Source: an uncultured Prevotellaceae bacterium (lineage in GTDB: Bacteria > Bacteroidota > Bacteroidia > Bacteroidales > Muribaculaceae). From it: a DNA stretch of 64,000 bases. The notes beneath the pieces were generated by a model. That model saw nothing but the letters and a program-made list of their open reading frames with translations. It was not told where the DNA came from and did not search any database. Position numbers and translations under genes: made by a program. Shown here piece by piece: positions 29,222 through 39,572 of the stretch. The stretch covers positions 278 to 64,277 of the forward strand of contig CALDIG010000303.1 in NCBI GenBank assembly GCA_937904375.1, read 5' to 3'. Each line of letters starts with the position of its first letter. Within the stretch, counting starts at the first letter, position 1.

Positions 29222-32212
29222 TTAGAATGGTGGTCTTCCGCCGCCGAAGCCGCCTGGGGGTGGCCCGCTGGGGCGTCCGCCGGGAGGTGGTCCGTCAGGA
29301 CCTCGGAACTGGTTGTTCTTGTCCTCAGGTTCCTGACCCTTGACAAAAGTTGAGAAGCGGTAGGTGAACGTGAGCATTCCATATCGTCCCAGTGAGTTGT
29401 AGATGGCATCCTGGATGTAGCTTGCCGTTTGAGTGCGGCTGATGTTCTTCTGTTGTCCCAGGATGTCGTAAACCGAGAGTTGTACCGATGCCTCCTTGTT
29501 CTTGAGGAACTGGTAGGCGACAGAGCCATTCCAAATCCACTGACTAGTGTTGTAGCCCGCGCTGTAACCTGTAGAGGTGCTGAAGTTGAGGTCGGTGCTG
29601 ATTACCAGTCCGAAGGGTGCCGAGTAGGTGCCGTTGAACATGGCTCCCCAGGTGTGCACGTTGCGGTCGCGGCTGGTCTGCATGGAGTTGTGAGTGAGCT
29701 GGTAGCCATATCGTGGGCGCAGCTCAAGGTCGAAGTATGCAGTTCGGTAGGCGAGACCTGGCGAGATGTTCAGGTTCAGACCTGTGCTGGCGTTCAACTC
29801 ACTATCGGTGTAGCCCTTGTCGTGCGACAGACGAGCGAAGATGTTGCTGGTAAAGTACCACGCCTTGCTTTCGCTGAATGGGAAGCTCACCATGTTCATC
29901 GCCATAGCGTCCCACACGCCGTTGATGTTGGTGTAGGTGGTAGTCTGTCCACCTGTGGTGGGGTCGTTGGTGATGGTAGAGATGATGCTGTTTTGCGCCA
30001 CATTGACATTCATCATCGCCATGATGCTGCGCTGGTTATCCTGATTGAAGTCGCTGAAGCGCAGGTTGATGCGATGGTTGAAGGTGGGCTTCAAGTCGGG
30101 GTTACCGATTACGATGTTCAGCGGGTTGCTCTCGTCGGCTACTGGCTGCAGCTGTGCGATGCTTGGCTGGCTGCTGCGCAAGCGGTAGTCAAACGCTAGG
30201 TTGCGTGTCTTGGTGAACTTGTAGCGGATGCGAGCGAAGGGGGCGAAGCTCCACGCCCATCGCGCCGGGATGTTGCGCGCGCTGTTGATGAGGTCGGTAC
30301 TCTTCGACATCGCCGAGTTCACCGAGAATCCCACGTTGAGGTTCATCGCCTTTGTAACCTTTTGGTAGCCAATCTGGAAGCTTTGGTTGAAGAACTGGTT
30401 GCGGAAGTTGTTGCTGAGGCTCTCGTTGAAGACACGGCCAAGCTCGTCGCCCAGCTCCACGTCGATAATCTCGCTCAGCAGAGTAGCGTCTTGCAGAGCG
30501 TAGGCACCGTAGGCGTCGGTTATCATCTCTCGCATGGCGGGGTTGAGCACAATGCCCATCATCACGTCGTTTTGGGTGACTTGTGGCACTGGCAGCACCT
30601 CGTTGCCATAGCGTGTGATGTCATACACGCTCTTGTTGGCCTTTGCCACACTGTAGTTGGCGCTGTAAGATAATGTGAGGAACTGCGCTTTTTTCACGTC
30701 GCCGAGCGGTTCGGTCCAGCTCAGTCGTCCGTTCACGCGGTTGGTCTTGCGCAGGTTGTCATACACCTGGTCGATTGTCTCTTCCTCGTCTTTGAGGTAG
30801 TAGTTGTTGAGGGTGTAGGTGTTGCCGTCCTCGTCGATATTGCTGTAGTTATAGTTCACAAAGAGGCTGTAACTTCGTCCTGGATGTGACTTGAACTTAT
30901 GGTTGTAGATGAACCGTCCTCCAAACTCATAGCTCTTGCCGTGGTTGTCGTAGTAGCTGAGGCTGCGGTTGACGGGAGTGCGCATGGCGTCGCCGGCGCG
31001 TGTCATCGAGGTGTCGCTGCTCTCGCTGTGCGAGAAGTTGAGTGACAGGTAGGGACGAAAGTCGATGGTGTTGCACGAGTCAAGTTCCCACTTGAGGCGG
31101 AAGTTTCCACGGATGTTGTGGGTCTTGTCAAGGGCTATCGACATAGCATCGCGGTAGCTGGTAGAGTCGGTGAAGATGTTCTGGCGGCTCGTCGAGGAGC
31201 GTGTGTCGCGGCTGGTGTGAGAATAGGTGAGGTCTCCACCCACGCGGAAGTGCTCATCTTCCTGGGAGCCCACGTTGAAGTTCACGCCCAGCATCTGCGA
31301 GGTGGTGATGCCCCGGTCGCCTCCAAAGCGGCGGAAGCGTGAGGCGCCGCCGTCGGTAAATCCCACGTTGTTGGTGTTGTTGGCGTTGCCGGTGAAGGTG
31401 AACTGGTTGCCGTTGTTGAAGTAGTTGGCGATAACGTTGCCCAAGTATCGCTTGTCGGTGCCATAGCCAGCGGTGACGGTGCCAAACCAACCGTTGTTCA
31501 TGCCTTTCTTGACGGTGAGGTTGATTACCGTCTCGTCCTCGCCGTCATCTACGCCCGTGAGTCGTGCCAGGTCGCTCTTGCGGTCGATGACCTGGAGTTT
31601 GTTAATCATGTCGGCGGGGATGTTCTTCGACGCCATAGTGGGGTCGTCGCTGAAGAACTCCTTGCCATCAACGAGGATTTTCGTCACCTCTTTGCCGTTG
31701 GCGGTGATTTTGCCGTCGGCGCTCACCTCCACGCCGGGCATACGCTTCAAGAGGTCTTCCACCACGGCATTGGCCTGCGTCTTGTAGGTGTCGGCATTAT
31801 ATTCTATGGTGTCTTCCTTGACGGTGATCGCGGTTTTCACGCCCATGACAACCGTCTCCTTGAGCACCACGGTGTTTTGTGTGAGGGCTATCATGCCCAT
31901 GTTCACGTCGCGTCCGTCGTCGCCTATGCTCACGCGTTTCACCACGTCGTCATAGCCTATGTAGCTGCACTTGAGGTAGTAGTGTCCTGGCTGCACGTTC
32001 TCCAGGTTGAACACTCCGTTGAAGTCGGTGACGGTGCTGGTGACGTAGGTGCTGTCTTTAGTAGCCTGCAGCAGCGCCACGTTAGCCTGCATGAGCTCGG
32101 TAGTGTCTTTGGAGTCAACCAGGATACCGTTGATGATGGCAGAGCTGGCGGTCCCAAATCCCAAAGCCACCGCAAGCATCATAATAATAAAGATTCTTGA
32201 TAGTATTTTCAT
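29222..32212 (-). CDS. Outer-membrane beta-barrel / TonB-dependent receptor-like protein
   Basis: Signal peptide, carboxypeptidase-regulatory-like N-domain, EDLLKRMPGVEV plug, barrel ending MLTFTYRF, Gly/Pro tail. Confidence 0.85.
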   Translation of the reverse strand: MKILSRIFIIMMLAVALGFGTASSAIINGILVDSKDTTELMQANVALLQATKDSTYVTSTVTDFNGVFNLENVQPGHYYLKCSYIGYDDVVKRVSIGDDGRDVNMGMIALTQNTVVLKETVVMGVKTAITVKEDTIEYNADTYKTQANAVVEDLLKRMPGVEVSADGKITANGKEVTKILVDGKEFFSDDPTMASKNIPADMINKLQVIDRKSDLARLTGVDDGEDETVINLTVKKGMNNGWFGTVTAGYGTDKRYLGNVIANYFNNGNQFTFTGNANNTNNVGFTDGGASRFRRFGGDRGITTSQMLGVNFNVGSQEDEHFRVGGDLTYSHTSRDTRSSTSRQNIFTDSTSYRDAMSIALDKTHNIRGNFRLKWELDSCNTIDFRPYLSLNFSHSESSDTSMTRAGDAMRTPVNRSLSYYDNHGKSYEFGGRFIYNHKFKSHPGRSYSLFVNYNYSNIDEDGNTYTLNNYYLKDEEETIDQVYDNLRKTNRVNGRLSWTEPLGDVKKAQFLTLSYSANYSVAKANKSVYDITRYGNEVLPVPQVTQNDVMMGIVLNPAMREMITDAYGAYALQDATLLSEIIDVELGDELGRVFNESLSNNFRNQFFNQSFQIGYQKVTKAMNLNVGFSVNSAMSKSTDLINSARNIPARWAWSFAPFARIRYKFTKTRNLAFDYRLRSSQPSIAQLQPVADESNPLNIVIGNPDLKPTFNHRINLRFSDFNQDNQRSIMAMMNVNVAQNSIISTITNDPTTGGQTTTYTNINGVWDAMAMNMVSFPFSESKAWYFTSNIFARLSHDKGYTDSELNASTGLNLNISPGLAYRTAYFDLELRPRYGYQLTHNSMQTSRDRNVHTWGAMFNGTYSAPFGLVISTDLNFSTSTGYSAGYNTSQWIWNGSVAYQFLKNKEASVQLSVYDILGQQKNISRTQTASYIQDAIYNSLGRYGMLTFTYRFSTFVKGQEPEDKNNQFRGPDGPPPGGRPSGPPPGGFGGGRPPF

Positions 32213-32391
32213 AATGTGATAGTAGTTATCAGTTATCAGTTGTCAGTTATCAGTATAAAAACTCGAAACTCGAAGCTGAAAAACAGATTTTCACGCTACA
32301 AAAGTAGTATTTTCTCTAATTACCACCAAAAATAATATACAATTGCACTTTTTTTATAGATGAAACAAGGTTCTCAATTTCTTTAATCATG

Positions 32392-32556
32392 GGGTCGCCT
32401 TACGGCGACTACACGTTTGATTCGTGAGCCCCCAGTGCCGATTTCCTCCGCTCGCTATCGCTCACTGCGTCAATCGGTACTGGGGGTTATCCAACGGTCA
32501 GCCTTCGGCTGATTTTTAATTACGGCTGGGCGCTCAATGGGAGGCCTTCGGCTGAA
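32392..32556. repeat. REP-like multi-hairpin intergenic element
   Basis: Hairpins GTCGCC/GGCGAC, CCCCCAGTGCCGATT/AATCGGTACTGGGGG, and GCCTTCGGC twice. Confidence 0.55.
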
Positions 32557-32670
32557 AACCATGCACCGCTGAAGAATATTCAACCCATATACACAAAGAA
32601 ACGGCCACACCGTGATGATGCAGCCGCTTCGTCGTTATGAAAAGAATCTTACCTAATCAAAACTAGAGGA

Positions 32671-34380
32671 TTACCAACCTGGGTTCTGACCAATCTGTGG
32701 GTTGAGAGTAGCCTGGTCGTTGGGGATTGGGAACAGGAGGTACTTGTCGTTGTAGATGCGCTCAGTACCATTGTTCTTGCAGTTGATGTAACCGTCGGCA
32801 TCGATAGTCACGTCAGTGAGTTTCACACCCTCGGCGTCGAAACCTTGCACGTAGGCACCACGGCTCAGGTTAGGATACCTCTGAGTGTCGAGCTTGTCGA
32901 GCTGATTCCAGCGCTGCAGCGAGTAGTAACGGTCGTTCATGCAGTACATCATCTCAACACGACGCTCACGGCGAACCTCCCAGATGATGTTGCTAACGCC
33001 CATATTGTTGGCTGGGTCGGCGGCAACAGTTGTGGTGAGGTGTGGCATGCCCACGCGGTCACGCAGCAGGTTGATAGACTTGTTGAGGTCGGCATCGGTG
33101 ATGGTGCCAAGCTCGGCGCAAGCCTCGGCATAGTTAAGCAGAATCTCGGCATACCAGAAAATTGGAGCGTCGGTGTAGTTGCCGTAGGTAGCCTGACGGG
33201 TACCGTTGTCGTTAGCATACTTCACGTTGTCGAACAACATCACGCCGTAGCCAGTAGAAGCAGTTGACTGGGCACCACCAAAGCGTGCGTAACCGCTGCC
33301 AGGGAACTGGAGGATAGAGTCAACAGCGGCGGTAAGGCGTGGGTCACGTTTGGCGAGCACATCGACGATGTTGATGTGCTTGGCCACACCATAACCAGAG
33401 TTGTCGTCGATGCTTACAACTTTACCCTTGTCGCTCTTGTCCAAAGAGGTTAAAGCCAGAGGCTTGCCGTCACGGAACAGATAGCTGTCGAAAGCATCCT
33501 TGGTCATACCGTTAACCTGAGTAGAGCCACAAGTGTAGTCGATAGTGCCGTGACCCATCACACCAAGCACATAGTGCTTGTAGAGAATCATCTCGTTGTT
33601 GCCCGAGAGGTCATCGTCATCAAAGTTGCCCTTGTAGCTGCTGTTGAGCGCGAACTTGCCCGAGTTCATAATCTCAAGGCATGCACTCTTGGCTTCGTTG
33701 AGATAAGTGGATGCGCGTCCACTGTTCTTGGTCACATACTTGCTGTAGGTGCCCTCGAAGAGGCAAATCTCGGCCTTCATAGCCAGAGCCACCCACTTGT
33801 TGAACGCAGTGCGCGAATTATCGTTGTAGCTAATGTTGGCAACAGCAAAGTTGAGATCCTCGAGCACCTTGTCCATCACGTCGTTGCGTGGCTGACGTGG
33901 ACCGTAGAGGATGTCTTCATCGCCTGAGTCGAGCTCTTTGTCAACATAGTAGCAGTCGCCGTAGGAGCGCACCAACTTGTAGTGCTGCCAAGCACGATAT
34001 AGACGTGCGATGCCAATCCAGTTGTTCTTGGCAGCATCGCTCATGTCGATACCTGGGATTGCTGAAATCAGAGTGTTGGCACGTCGAATCTCAACATAGG
34101 GAGTGTTCCATGATCCCGAAGTGCCAGGCACCGAAGTGAACGACCAATTGGTGATACCTGTAGATGCCTGGTCGTCGTTGAGAGTGTTGAAGTAGTAGTC
34201 GCCACTGCCTGATCCATAACCTGTGAAGGTTTCATAGAAATAGTTGGCAAACAACTGCACATTAGTCTCGCTAGTGAAGTAGTTTTGCTTCGTGAATTGA
34301 TCGTAGGGTTCGGTATCGAGCAGATCGGAGCACGAAGTAAGCAGTAATCCTGCTGCGAAAATTAAAAATATCTTTTTCAT
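32671..34380 (-). CDS. RagB/SusD family lipoprotein
   Basis: Lipobox LTSC, YAEILLNYAEA, VRRERRVE, LFPIP...QNPGW. Confidence 0.93.
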   Translation of the reverse strand: MKKIFLIFAAGLLLTSCSDLLDTEPYDQFTKQNYFTSETNVQLFANYFYETFTGYGSGSGDYYFNTLNDDQASTGITNWSFTSVPGTSGSWNTPYVEIRRANTLISAIPGIDMSDAAKNNWIGIARLYRAWQHYKLVRSYGDCYYVDKELDSGDEDILYGPRQPRNDVMDKVLEDLNFAVANISYNDNSRTAFNKWVALAMKAEICLFEGTYSKYVTKNSGRASTYLNEAKSACLEIMNSGKFALNSSYKGNFDDDDLSGNNEMILYKHYVLGVMGHGTIDYTCGSTQVNGMTKDAFDSYLFRDGKPLALTSLDKSDKGKVVSIDDNSGYGVAKHINIVDVLAKRDPRLTAAVDSILQFPGSGYARFGGAQSTASTGYGVMLFDNVKYANDNGTRQATYGNYTDAPIFWYAEILLNYAEACAELGTITDADLNKSINLLRDRVGMPHLTTTVAADPANNMGVSNIIWEVRRERRVEMMYCMNDRYYSLQRWNQLDKLDTQRYPNLSRGAYVQGFDAEGVKLTDVTIDADGYINCKNNGTERIYNDKYLLFPIPNDQATLNPQIGQNPGW

Positions 34381-34446
34381 ATTTTTCTGTCTTTTAAAGT
34401 ATTTAATATCTACTGTTCCTATTAAATTAATAATGTGAACACCGAA

Positions 34447-37400
34447 TTAAAGATCAATTTGGATACCAAATGAGTAAGTGCGCATAATTGGGTCGATACG
34501 TCCCCAAACACCATTTCCATAGCTACCCTCGCCATTGTTCATCTCAGGATCGATACCTGTGCCCTTGTTGTGGTTCACGATATCAAATGCATTGTTGATA
34601 GATGCATAGATGCGGATGCGATCAATGCGAATCTTGCGAGTGAGGTTTTGAGGAATGGTGTAACCCACGGTGATGTTCTTCATGCGCAAGTAGGCCATGT
34701 TAACCAGGTAACGAGTCTGTGGATAGAAGTTGAACTTACCAGCAGGCAGGATTGTGCTTGCAGCATTACCCTGGCCAGCGCCACCGTCCCACAAGCGTGG
34801 GAACTCGGCATCCTGACGGATAGTGCCGGCATTAAACTCAGCCTCGGTGATATAGTCGGTCTGGTTAGCATAGAGAGCATCAGCACCACGCATCATTGGC
34901 ATTACGAAGGCACTCTGAGTCCACATCTTGCGCTTGCCCACGCCCTGCAGATAGAGGTCGAGGTCAAAGCCCTTCCAGTCGCCGCCCAAGCGCAGTGAGT
35001 ACTGGAAGCGTGGAGTGCTGTTACCAATCTTGATGAGGTCGCCATGGTCTTTGTCGGTACCGGCACCCCAGTCAATCACGCCGTCGCCGTTCTGGTCCAC
35101 GAACTTGACGTCACCTGGGCCATAAACGAAGCCGTTGCTTTCGAGCTTAGTTTGCGAAGCCACGCCTTCCTTGTAAATCCACTTGCCAGTGTCAGGATCC
35201 TTGCCAGTGAAGTCGTTGAAGTCGAAGTAGCGGTCGGTCTCAAAGCCATAGATAGCGCCATACTCCTTGCCAGTGTAGTTAGTGTTGAGCAGGTTGTTGC
35301 TATCCCACTCAGTAACCTTAGTCTTATAGTCGCTCAGGTTGAAGGTAGCATACACGTTGGCATCGCCAAAGCGATGACGCCAGTCGATGGTAACCTCCCA
35401 ACCACGAGTGCGGAGCGAGCCGGCGTTCTCCCATGCTGCACTTGCGCCAAGCACGTTGGGCATTGCCTTACCAGGAGCGAGCATGTCCTTAGTGTCGCGC
35501 TGATACCAGTCAAAGCTGAAGTTGATCTCTCCACGCAGGAAGCTCAGGTCGATACCGATGTTGGTGGTCTTAATCTTCTCCCAAGTGAGTGACTTCGAAA
35601 CCAGCTTAGGAGCCGAGAAGTAATCGAGTTTTGAGCTGCCAGTTCCTAGCCAGTCCACAGAGTTGGCATTTCTTGCCATAGTCTCAAGGAACATGTTGGC
35701 ACCAATCTCTTGGTTACCGATTACACCATAAGAAGCGCGAAGCTTGGCGTTGTTGACAGTGTTCTTGATAGGATCCCAGAAGGCTTCCTCGCTGATGCGG
35801 TAACCCACAGAGAACGAGGGGAAGAATGCCCACTGGTCTCCGCTTGGGAACTTGCTAGAGCCATCGTAGCGGCCGTTTACCTCAAAGAGGTAGATGCCCT
35901 TGTAGTCGTAGTTGATGCGACCAAAGAAGCCAGCCGAACCCTGGTGTGTGTGCGAGGGTGTAGAGGTGTAGTATTCGTTGGTGAGTGCCAGCTCAGGCAT
36001 GTTAGGATCCTGAATGCCGTGTTTCTCGAAGTAGAGATACTCATAGTCGGCCTTGTCGAGGTTGGCACCAACCATGATGTTCAGGTTGTGGGCATCGTTG
36101 AAGAGCTGAGCGTAGTTGAAGTATCCGTTGAATACTTGGTTCTGATATACGCTGTGGTCTGTCTCAATCCAGGTAGATGTAGTACCGCAGTTAGATGGAG
36201 CCGTAGGAGCGAGACCCCAAGTGTTGTAGAGGTTGGGCACGAGACCAACGTCTTTGTACTTGGTGTTCTTGCGGATGAAGGTGTAGTCGCCGTTGAAGGT
36301 GAGACCATGTGAGAGGTCAATCTTCAAGAAGCCAGTCATGCGCAGGTTGTTCATGTGGCGCATTCTCTCACCACCCTGCTTGCGGTAGCCAATCATGGTG
36401 CGGGCGTCATAGGCCTGTCCGTCGTCGGGATTTACAAAGTAGCCATAAGGGCCAAAGAACGAGCCCCAGCGCCACAGGTACTGATAACCTGCGTTGGCAT
36501 AGTTCTGTCGGTTAGACACGCCGTCATAGGTGCGGTCGGTGTAAGCGATGCGAGTGCCAATGGTCAGCCAGTCGGTAGCTTGAATCGAGAGGTTGGCGGC
36601 GGCATTGTAACGTCTAACCTTGTCGGGGTTGAAGTTTTGGAGACCCTGACGCTGGTCGTAGCCAAACGATACGTAGTAGTTGGTGCGTCCCGAGTTGCCA
36701 GTCACCGAGATGTTGTGCGACTGAGCGGGAGCGTGCTTGTTGAACATGATGCCAGCCACATCCCAGTTGGCATAGTATCCATACTTGTCATAGTCGTCAC
36801 CGTATATCATCTCGCGATATCCAGCCTTGGTGTCGCCATGCTTTTCAATCCAGTTGTTGATACCTGCCTGGAACTCTTCACTGTCCATGTACATACCAAA
36901 GAGCTCGGCGGCATTACCCTTGCGGTAGTTGTCGTCGATAAGGGCCTGTACCTGAGTGGGCACGTTAGGATAGTCGGGCAATGTGGTTGCCTGGCTCCAA
37001 GAGAAGTTGTTCTTGTAAGAAATCTTGATGTTGTCCTTAACATGACCAGTCTTAGTGGTGATCAATACCACACCGAATGCGGCGCGAGTACCATAAATAG
37101 AGGTAGAAGCGGCATCCTTCAATACCGAGATGCTCTCGATGTCGTTGGTGTTGAGGTACGACAGGTTGTCGGTGGGAACACCGTCAACAACATACAATGG
37201 TGTGGAAGTGCCATCGTTGGAAAGTGTACCGATACCACGAATCACGAGTGAAGCTTCGCTGTCGATGCGACCGTCGTTGTTCAAGATTGTGAGACCAGGA
37301 ACGGTACCTTGCAAAGCCTTGCTCACGTCGGTCTCGCTCTTCGACTCAAGGGTCTTGGTCACGTCAACGTTGCTGACAGCACCAGTGAGGTTGGCTTTCT

Positions 37401-37770
37401 TTTGAGTACCATAACCTACTACCACAACTTCGTCGAGAGATGCTTTGTCCTCTTCGAGGCGGATGTTGAGGTTAGTGCCTGGATTAACAGTCACTGACTT
37501 GTAGCCGATGTAGTCGATTTGGATTTTTCCCTTTCCTGAGGCGCGAAGGTTGAAACGTCCGTTGATGTCGGTGGCAGTCACGCGAGTTGTACCAACTTCG
37601 GTAATTGTCGCGCCAATCACGGGTTCACCATTCTCATCGGTCACAGTGCCCGACACATTGGCTTGCTGTGTCGTCATAGATTGTGGCGCTTGCTCGGCAT
37701 AAGCGTAGCTTGCACTACCCAATGCCAGCAGCAATGCACCTAACAATGAAAAATACTTTTTCATACGCAC
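34447..37770 (-). CDS. SusC/RagA TonB-dependent transporter
   Basis: LDEVVVVGYGTQKK, VLKDAAS..IYG.RAAFGV.LITTK, RYDGSSKF. Confidence 0.95.
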   Translation of the reverse strand: MRMKKYFSLLGALLLALGSASYAYAEQAPQSMTTQQANVSGTVTDENGEPVIGATITEVGTTRVTATDINGRFNLRASGKGKIQIDYIGYKSVTVNPGTNLNIRLEEDKASLDEVVVVGYGTQKKANLTGAVSNVDVTKTLESKSETDVSKALQGTVPGLTILNNDGRIDSEASLVIRGIGTLSNDGTSTPLYVVDGVPTDNLSYLNTNDIESISVLKDAASTSIYGTRAAFGVVLITTKTGHVKDNIKISYKNNFSWSQATTLPDYPNVPTQVQALIDDNYRKGNAAELFGMYMDSEEFQAGINNWIEKHGDTKAGYREMIYGDDYDKYGYYANWDVAGIMFNKHAPAQSHNISVTGNSGRTNYYVSFGYDQRQGLQNFNPDKVRRYNAAANLSIQATDWLTIGTRIAYTDRTYDGVSNRQNYANAGYQYLWRWGSFFGPYGYFVNPDDGQAYDARTMIGYRKQGGERMRHMNNLRMTGFLKIDLSHGLTFNGDYTFIRKNTKYKDVGLVPNLYNTWGLAPTAPSNCGTTSTWIETDHSVYQNQVFNGYFNYAQLFNDAHNLNIMVGANLDKADYEYLYFEKHGIQDPNMPELALTNEYYTSTPSHTHQGSAGFFGRINYDYKGIYLFEVNGRYDGSSKFPSGDQWAFFPSFSVGYRISEEAFWDPIKNTVNNAKLRASYGVIGNQEIGANMFLETMARNANSVDWLGTGSSKLDYFSAPKLVSKSLTWEKIKTTNIGIDLSFLRGEINFSFDWYQRDTKDMLAPGKAMPNVLGASAAWENAGSLRTRGWEVTIDWRHRFGDANVYATFNLSDYKTKVTEWDSNNLLNTNYTGKEYGAIYGFETDRYFDFNDFTGKDPDTGKWIYKEGVASQTKLESNGFVYGPGDVKFVDQNGDGVIDWGAGTDKDHGDLIKIGNSTPRFQYSLRLGGDWKGFDLDLYLQGVGKRKMWTQSAFVMPMMRGADALYANQTDYITEAEFNAGTIRQDAEFPRLWDGGAGQGNAASTILPAGKFNFYPQTRYLVNMAYLRMKNITVGYTIPQNLTRKIRIDRIRIYASINNAFDIVNHNKGTGIDPEMNNGEGSYGNGVWGRIDPIMRTYSFGIQIDL

Positions 37771-38035
37771 ATGTTTTTTGTTAATAAATAATTAGAAATA
37801 TTGTTTGTAAACACTTTATTTTCTTTACGATAAAAGTTAACAAAAGTATAAAATTTACTCGTTTATTATGCGTTCTTTCCAAAAGAAAGTACAAATTTCT
37901 AACATATTTTATAATTATGCAAATTTTTTTCAAAAAAATGTCAATAAAAATTAATATTACACCAAAAATGGTTATTATCCTGCGATAGGGGGAAATAATG
38001 ATGTGCTGATAAACTTTGAGCAAGCTGTAGGGGAA

Positions 38036-38290
38036 GGTGTTGCAAAAGTCTCATTATGGTACGACAGTTCATGAAAACCAAAAGCAATGTTGATGTTGAA
38101 GTTCCTTTTCGAGGCACAGTCGTAAGCTACTGTATATCACTAAGCTGCGAACCTTGCTGGTGTTCTTGCATGGTGTTAATAATGAAGTCGGACCTTCGAC
38201 CCTTTTGACCTCTTCGAGGTAGGCAGCCAGTGTTTTGCAACATCCTGACCGCCGTCTCGCCGCAACACGGAGAGGCTGTTGCAAAACTCC
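38036..38290. mobile_element. Cluster of IS-end remnants (TGTTGCAAAA-type ends)
   Basis: GGTGTTGCAAAA (38036), TTTTGCAACATCC (38233) and GGCTGTTGCAAAA (~38274); no transposase. Confidence 0.45.
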
Positions 38291-38320
38291 CACTCACAAT
38301 ATAAACAACTGAATTACCTA

Positions 38321-39141
38321 GGGATATTCAGTTAAAGCCGCTTTCCTTGGTCGGTTAACTTCTCGAGAGTGGCGTTTTAGCGTTCAACGTCCAGAATTTG
38401 TTTCAAATTTGCGTTTCTCAAAGGCTTTCGTGTCTTTTTTTGTTGTGCAGGTGCGTAACAGCCCTCCTCTGGTGTGTCCGGAGGTCTCGTTTTTGACCGA
38501 TGGCTAATTTTTTTGGCGCTGCCGCTTATGCCCGTCGTCGCCTCTTTTCCCGCTGCTTCAACTCTTGTGCGAGTTTTCTTGCGGCAAGAGTGGCGGCGTT
38601 TGCCATGTGTATGCCGAAGAAGATCATCAGGGTCTCGCTCCACTGGTTTCTCGCCGCCACACGCGCCAGTGTGAAGTGCTGTTTCTGGTTTCCGAAACTG
38701 ACTTCCATCACAGTGGCACTCAGTTTGCCGATAATGCGTCGCGTTGAGCTCACCTGCGTGTCCTCGTCCTTTTGCTTGGGGCCCTTGCGCACAAAATTGG
38801 TGATGATTCTGTTCTCGGTGCAGTAGGCGCGGTTGGGGTTGTTGGCATAGATTGTGTCGGCTCCCACACGCTCAAACCTGGTGCCTGTCTGCCTGTCAGG
38901 CTCTGCTTGGATGCGGCCAAGCTCACTCAATTTGAAACTCTCACGATATTTTTCGAGAAAATCGTACTCTGTGAAGCCCAATGTTGGGCGTATGTCAGAA
39001 ATTTTTCGTAACTTCACAGCAGTTTTTTTTAAAGATTTACCCCCGAAACGGCCCGAGATGGGTAGTTCGAGGGTTCTTTTGCAAAGTTACAAAATATTCA
39101 TCTGACTGACAAACAATTTGTTATAATTTAACTGATATCCC
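38321..39141 (-). mobile_element. Internally deleted IS derivative (821 bp)
   Basis: Inverted ends GGGATATTCAGTTAA / TTAACTGATATCCC; 6-bp direct repeat TACCTA on both flanks; fused transposase N- and C-terminal pieces in ORF 38526-39017 (GADTIYAN, MEVSFGNQK). Confidence 0.82.
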
Positions 39142-39213
39142 TACCTAAACATTCTGATTTTACACATCATTGATTTTAAATGCATTAAATTGTCCTTGTT
39201 TCAGATTTTTCAG

Positions 39214-39280
39214 AAAAATGCGATTAAGCGAGACAAAACTTGAGCTTGCTCAAAACCTTGCGAGCATGAATATTTTATCT
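39214..39280 (-). repeat. Dispersed intergenic palindromic repeat, copy 3 (inverted)
   Basis: Reverse complement matches the 2709 and 26766 copies. Confidence 0.75.
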
Positions 39281-39391
39281 AATAATCAGTTGTTTTTTAT
39301 TTGAAATTATATGATTATTATGTCCACTACCAAAGTGCCACTTTTTAAAGGTGCTAAATACATATCTCACCCTCCTGATTTGGACTAATGC

Positions 39392-39446
39392 CACATAACG
39401 CCAAAAGCGTGGCACGCCATCTACAGCGCGCCACGCTTTTGCTTTG
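39392..39446. terminator. Terminator-like hairpin, duplicated at 41027-41082
   Basis: AAAAGCGTGGC...GCCACGCTTTT. Confidence 0.65.
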
Positions 39447-39523
39447 CAAAAAAAGAAGTTTTTTGTCACTTTTTTTGTACAGTTGAGAATAATATGTACC
39501 TTTGTGCTGAATTTTAACTGCGA

Positions 39524-39568
39524 AAAAATCAGAGAATTTTGATTTTTTGTCACTTAACAATCAATTAT
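39524..39568 (+). repeat. 45-bp direct repeat flanking the ATPase gene (other copy 40921-40965)
   Basis: AAAAATCAGAGAATTTTGATTTTTTGTCACTTAACAATCAATTAT, identical in both places. Confidence 0.9.
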
Positions 39569-39572
39569 AGCT

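Noticed and set aside
26860..37497. Numerous overlapping antisense ORFs in metG, the barrel gene, susD and susC
   Set aside because: Expected shadows of GC3-rich coding sequence; no motifs.
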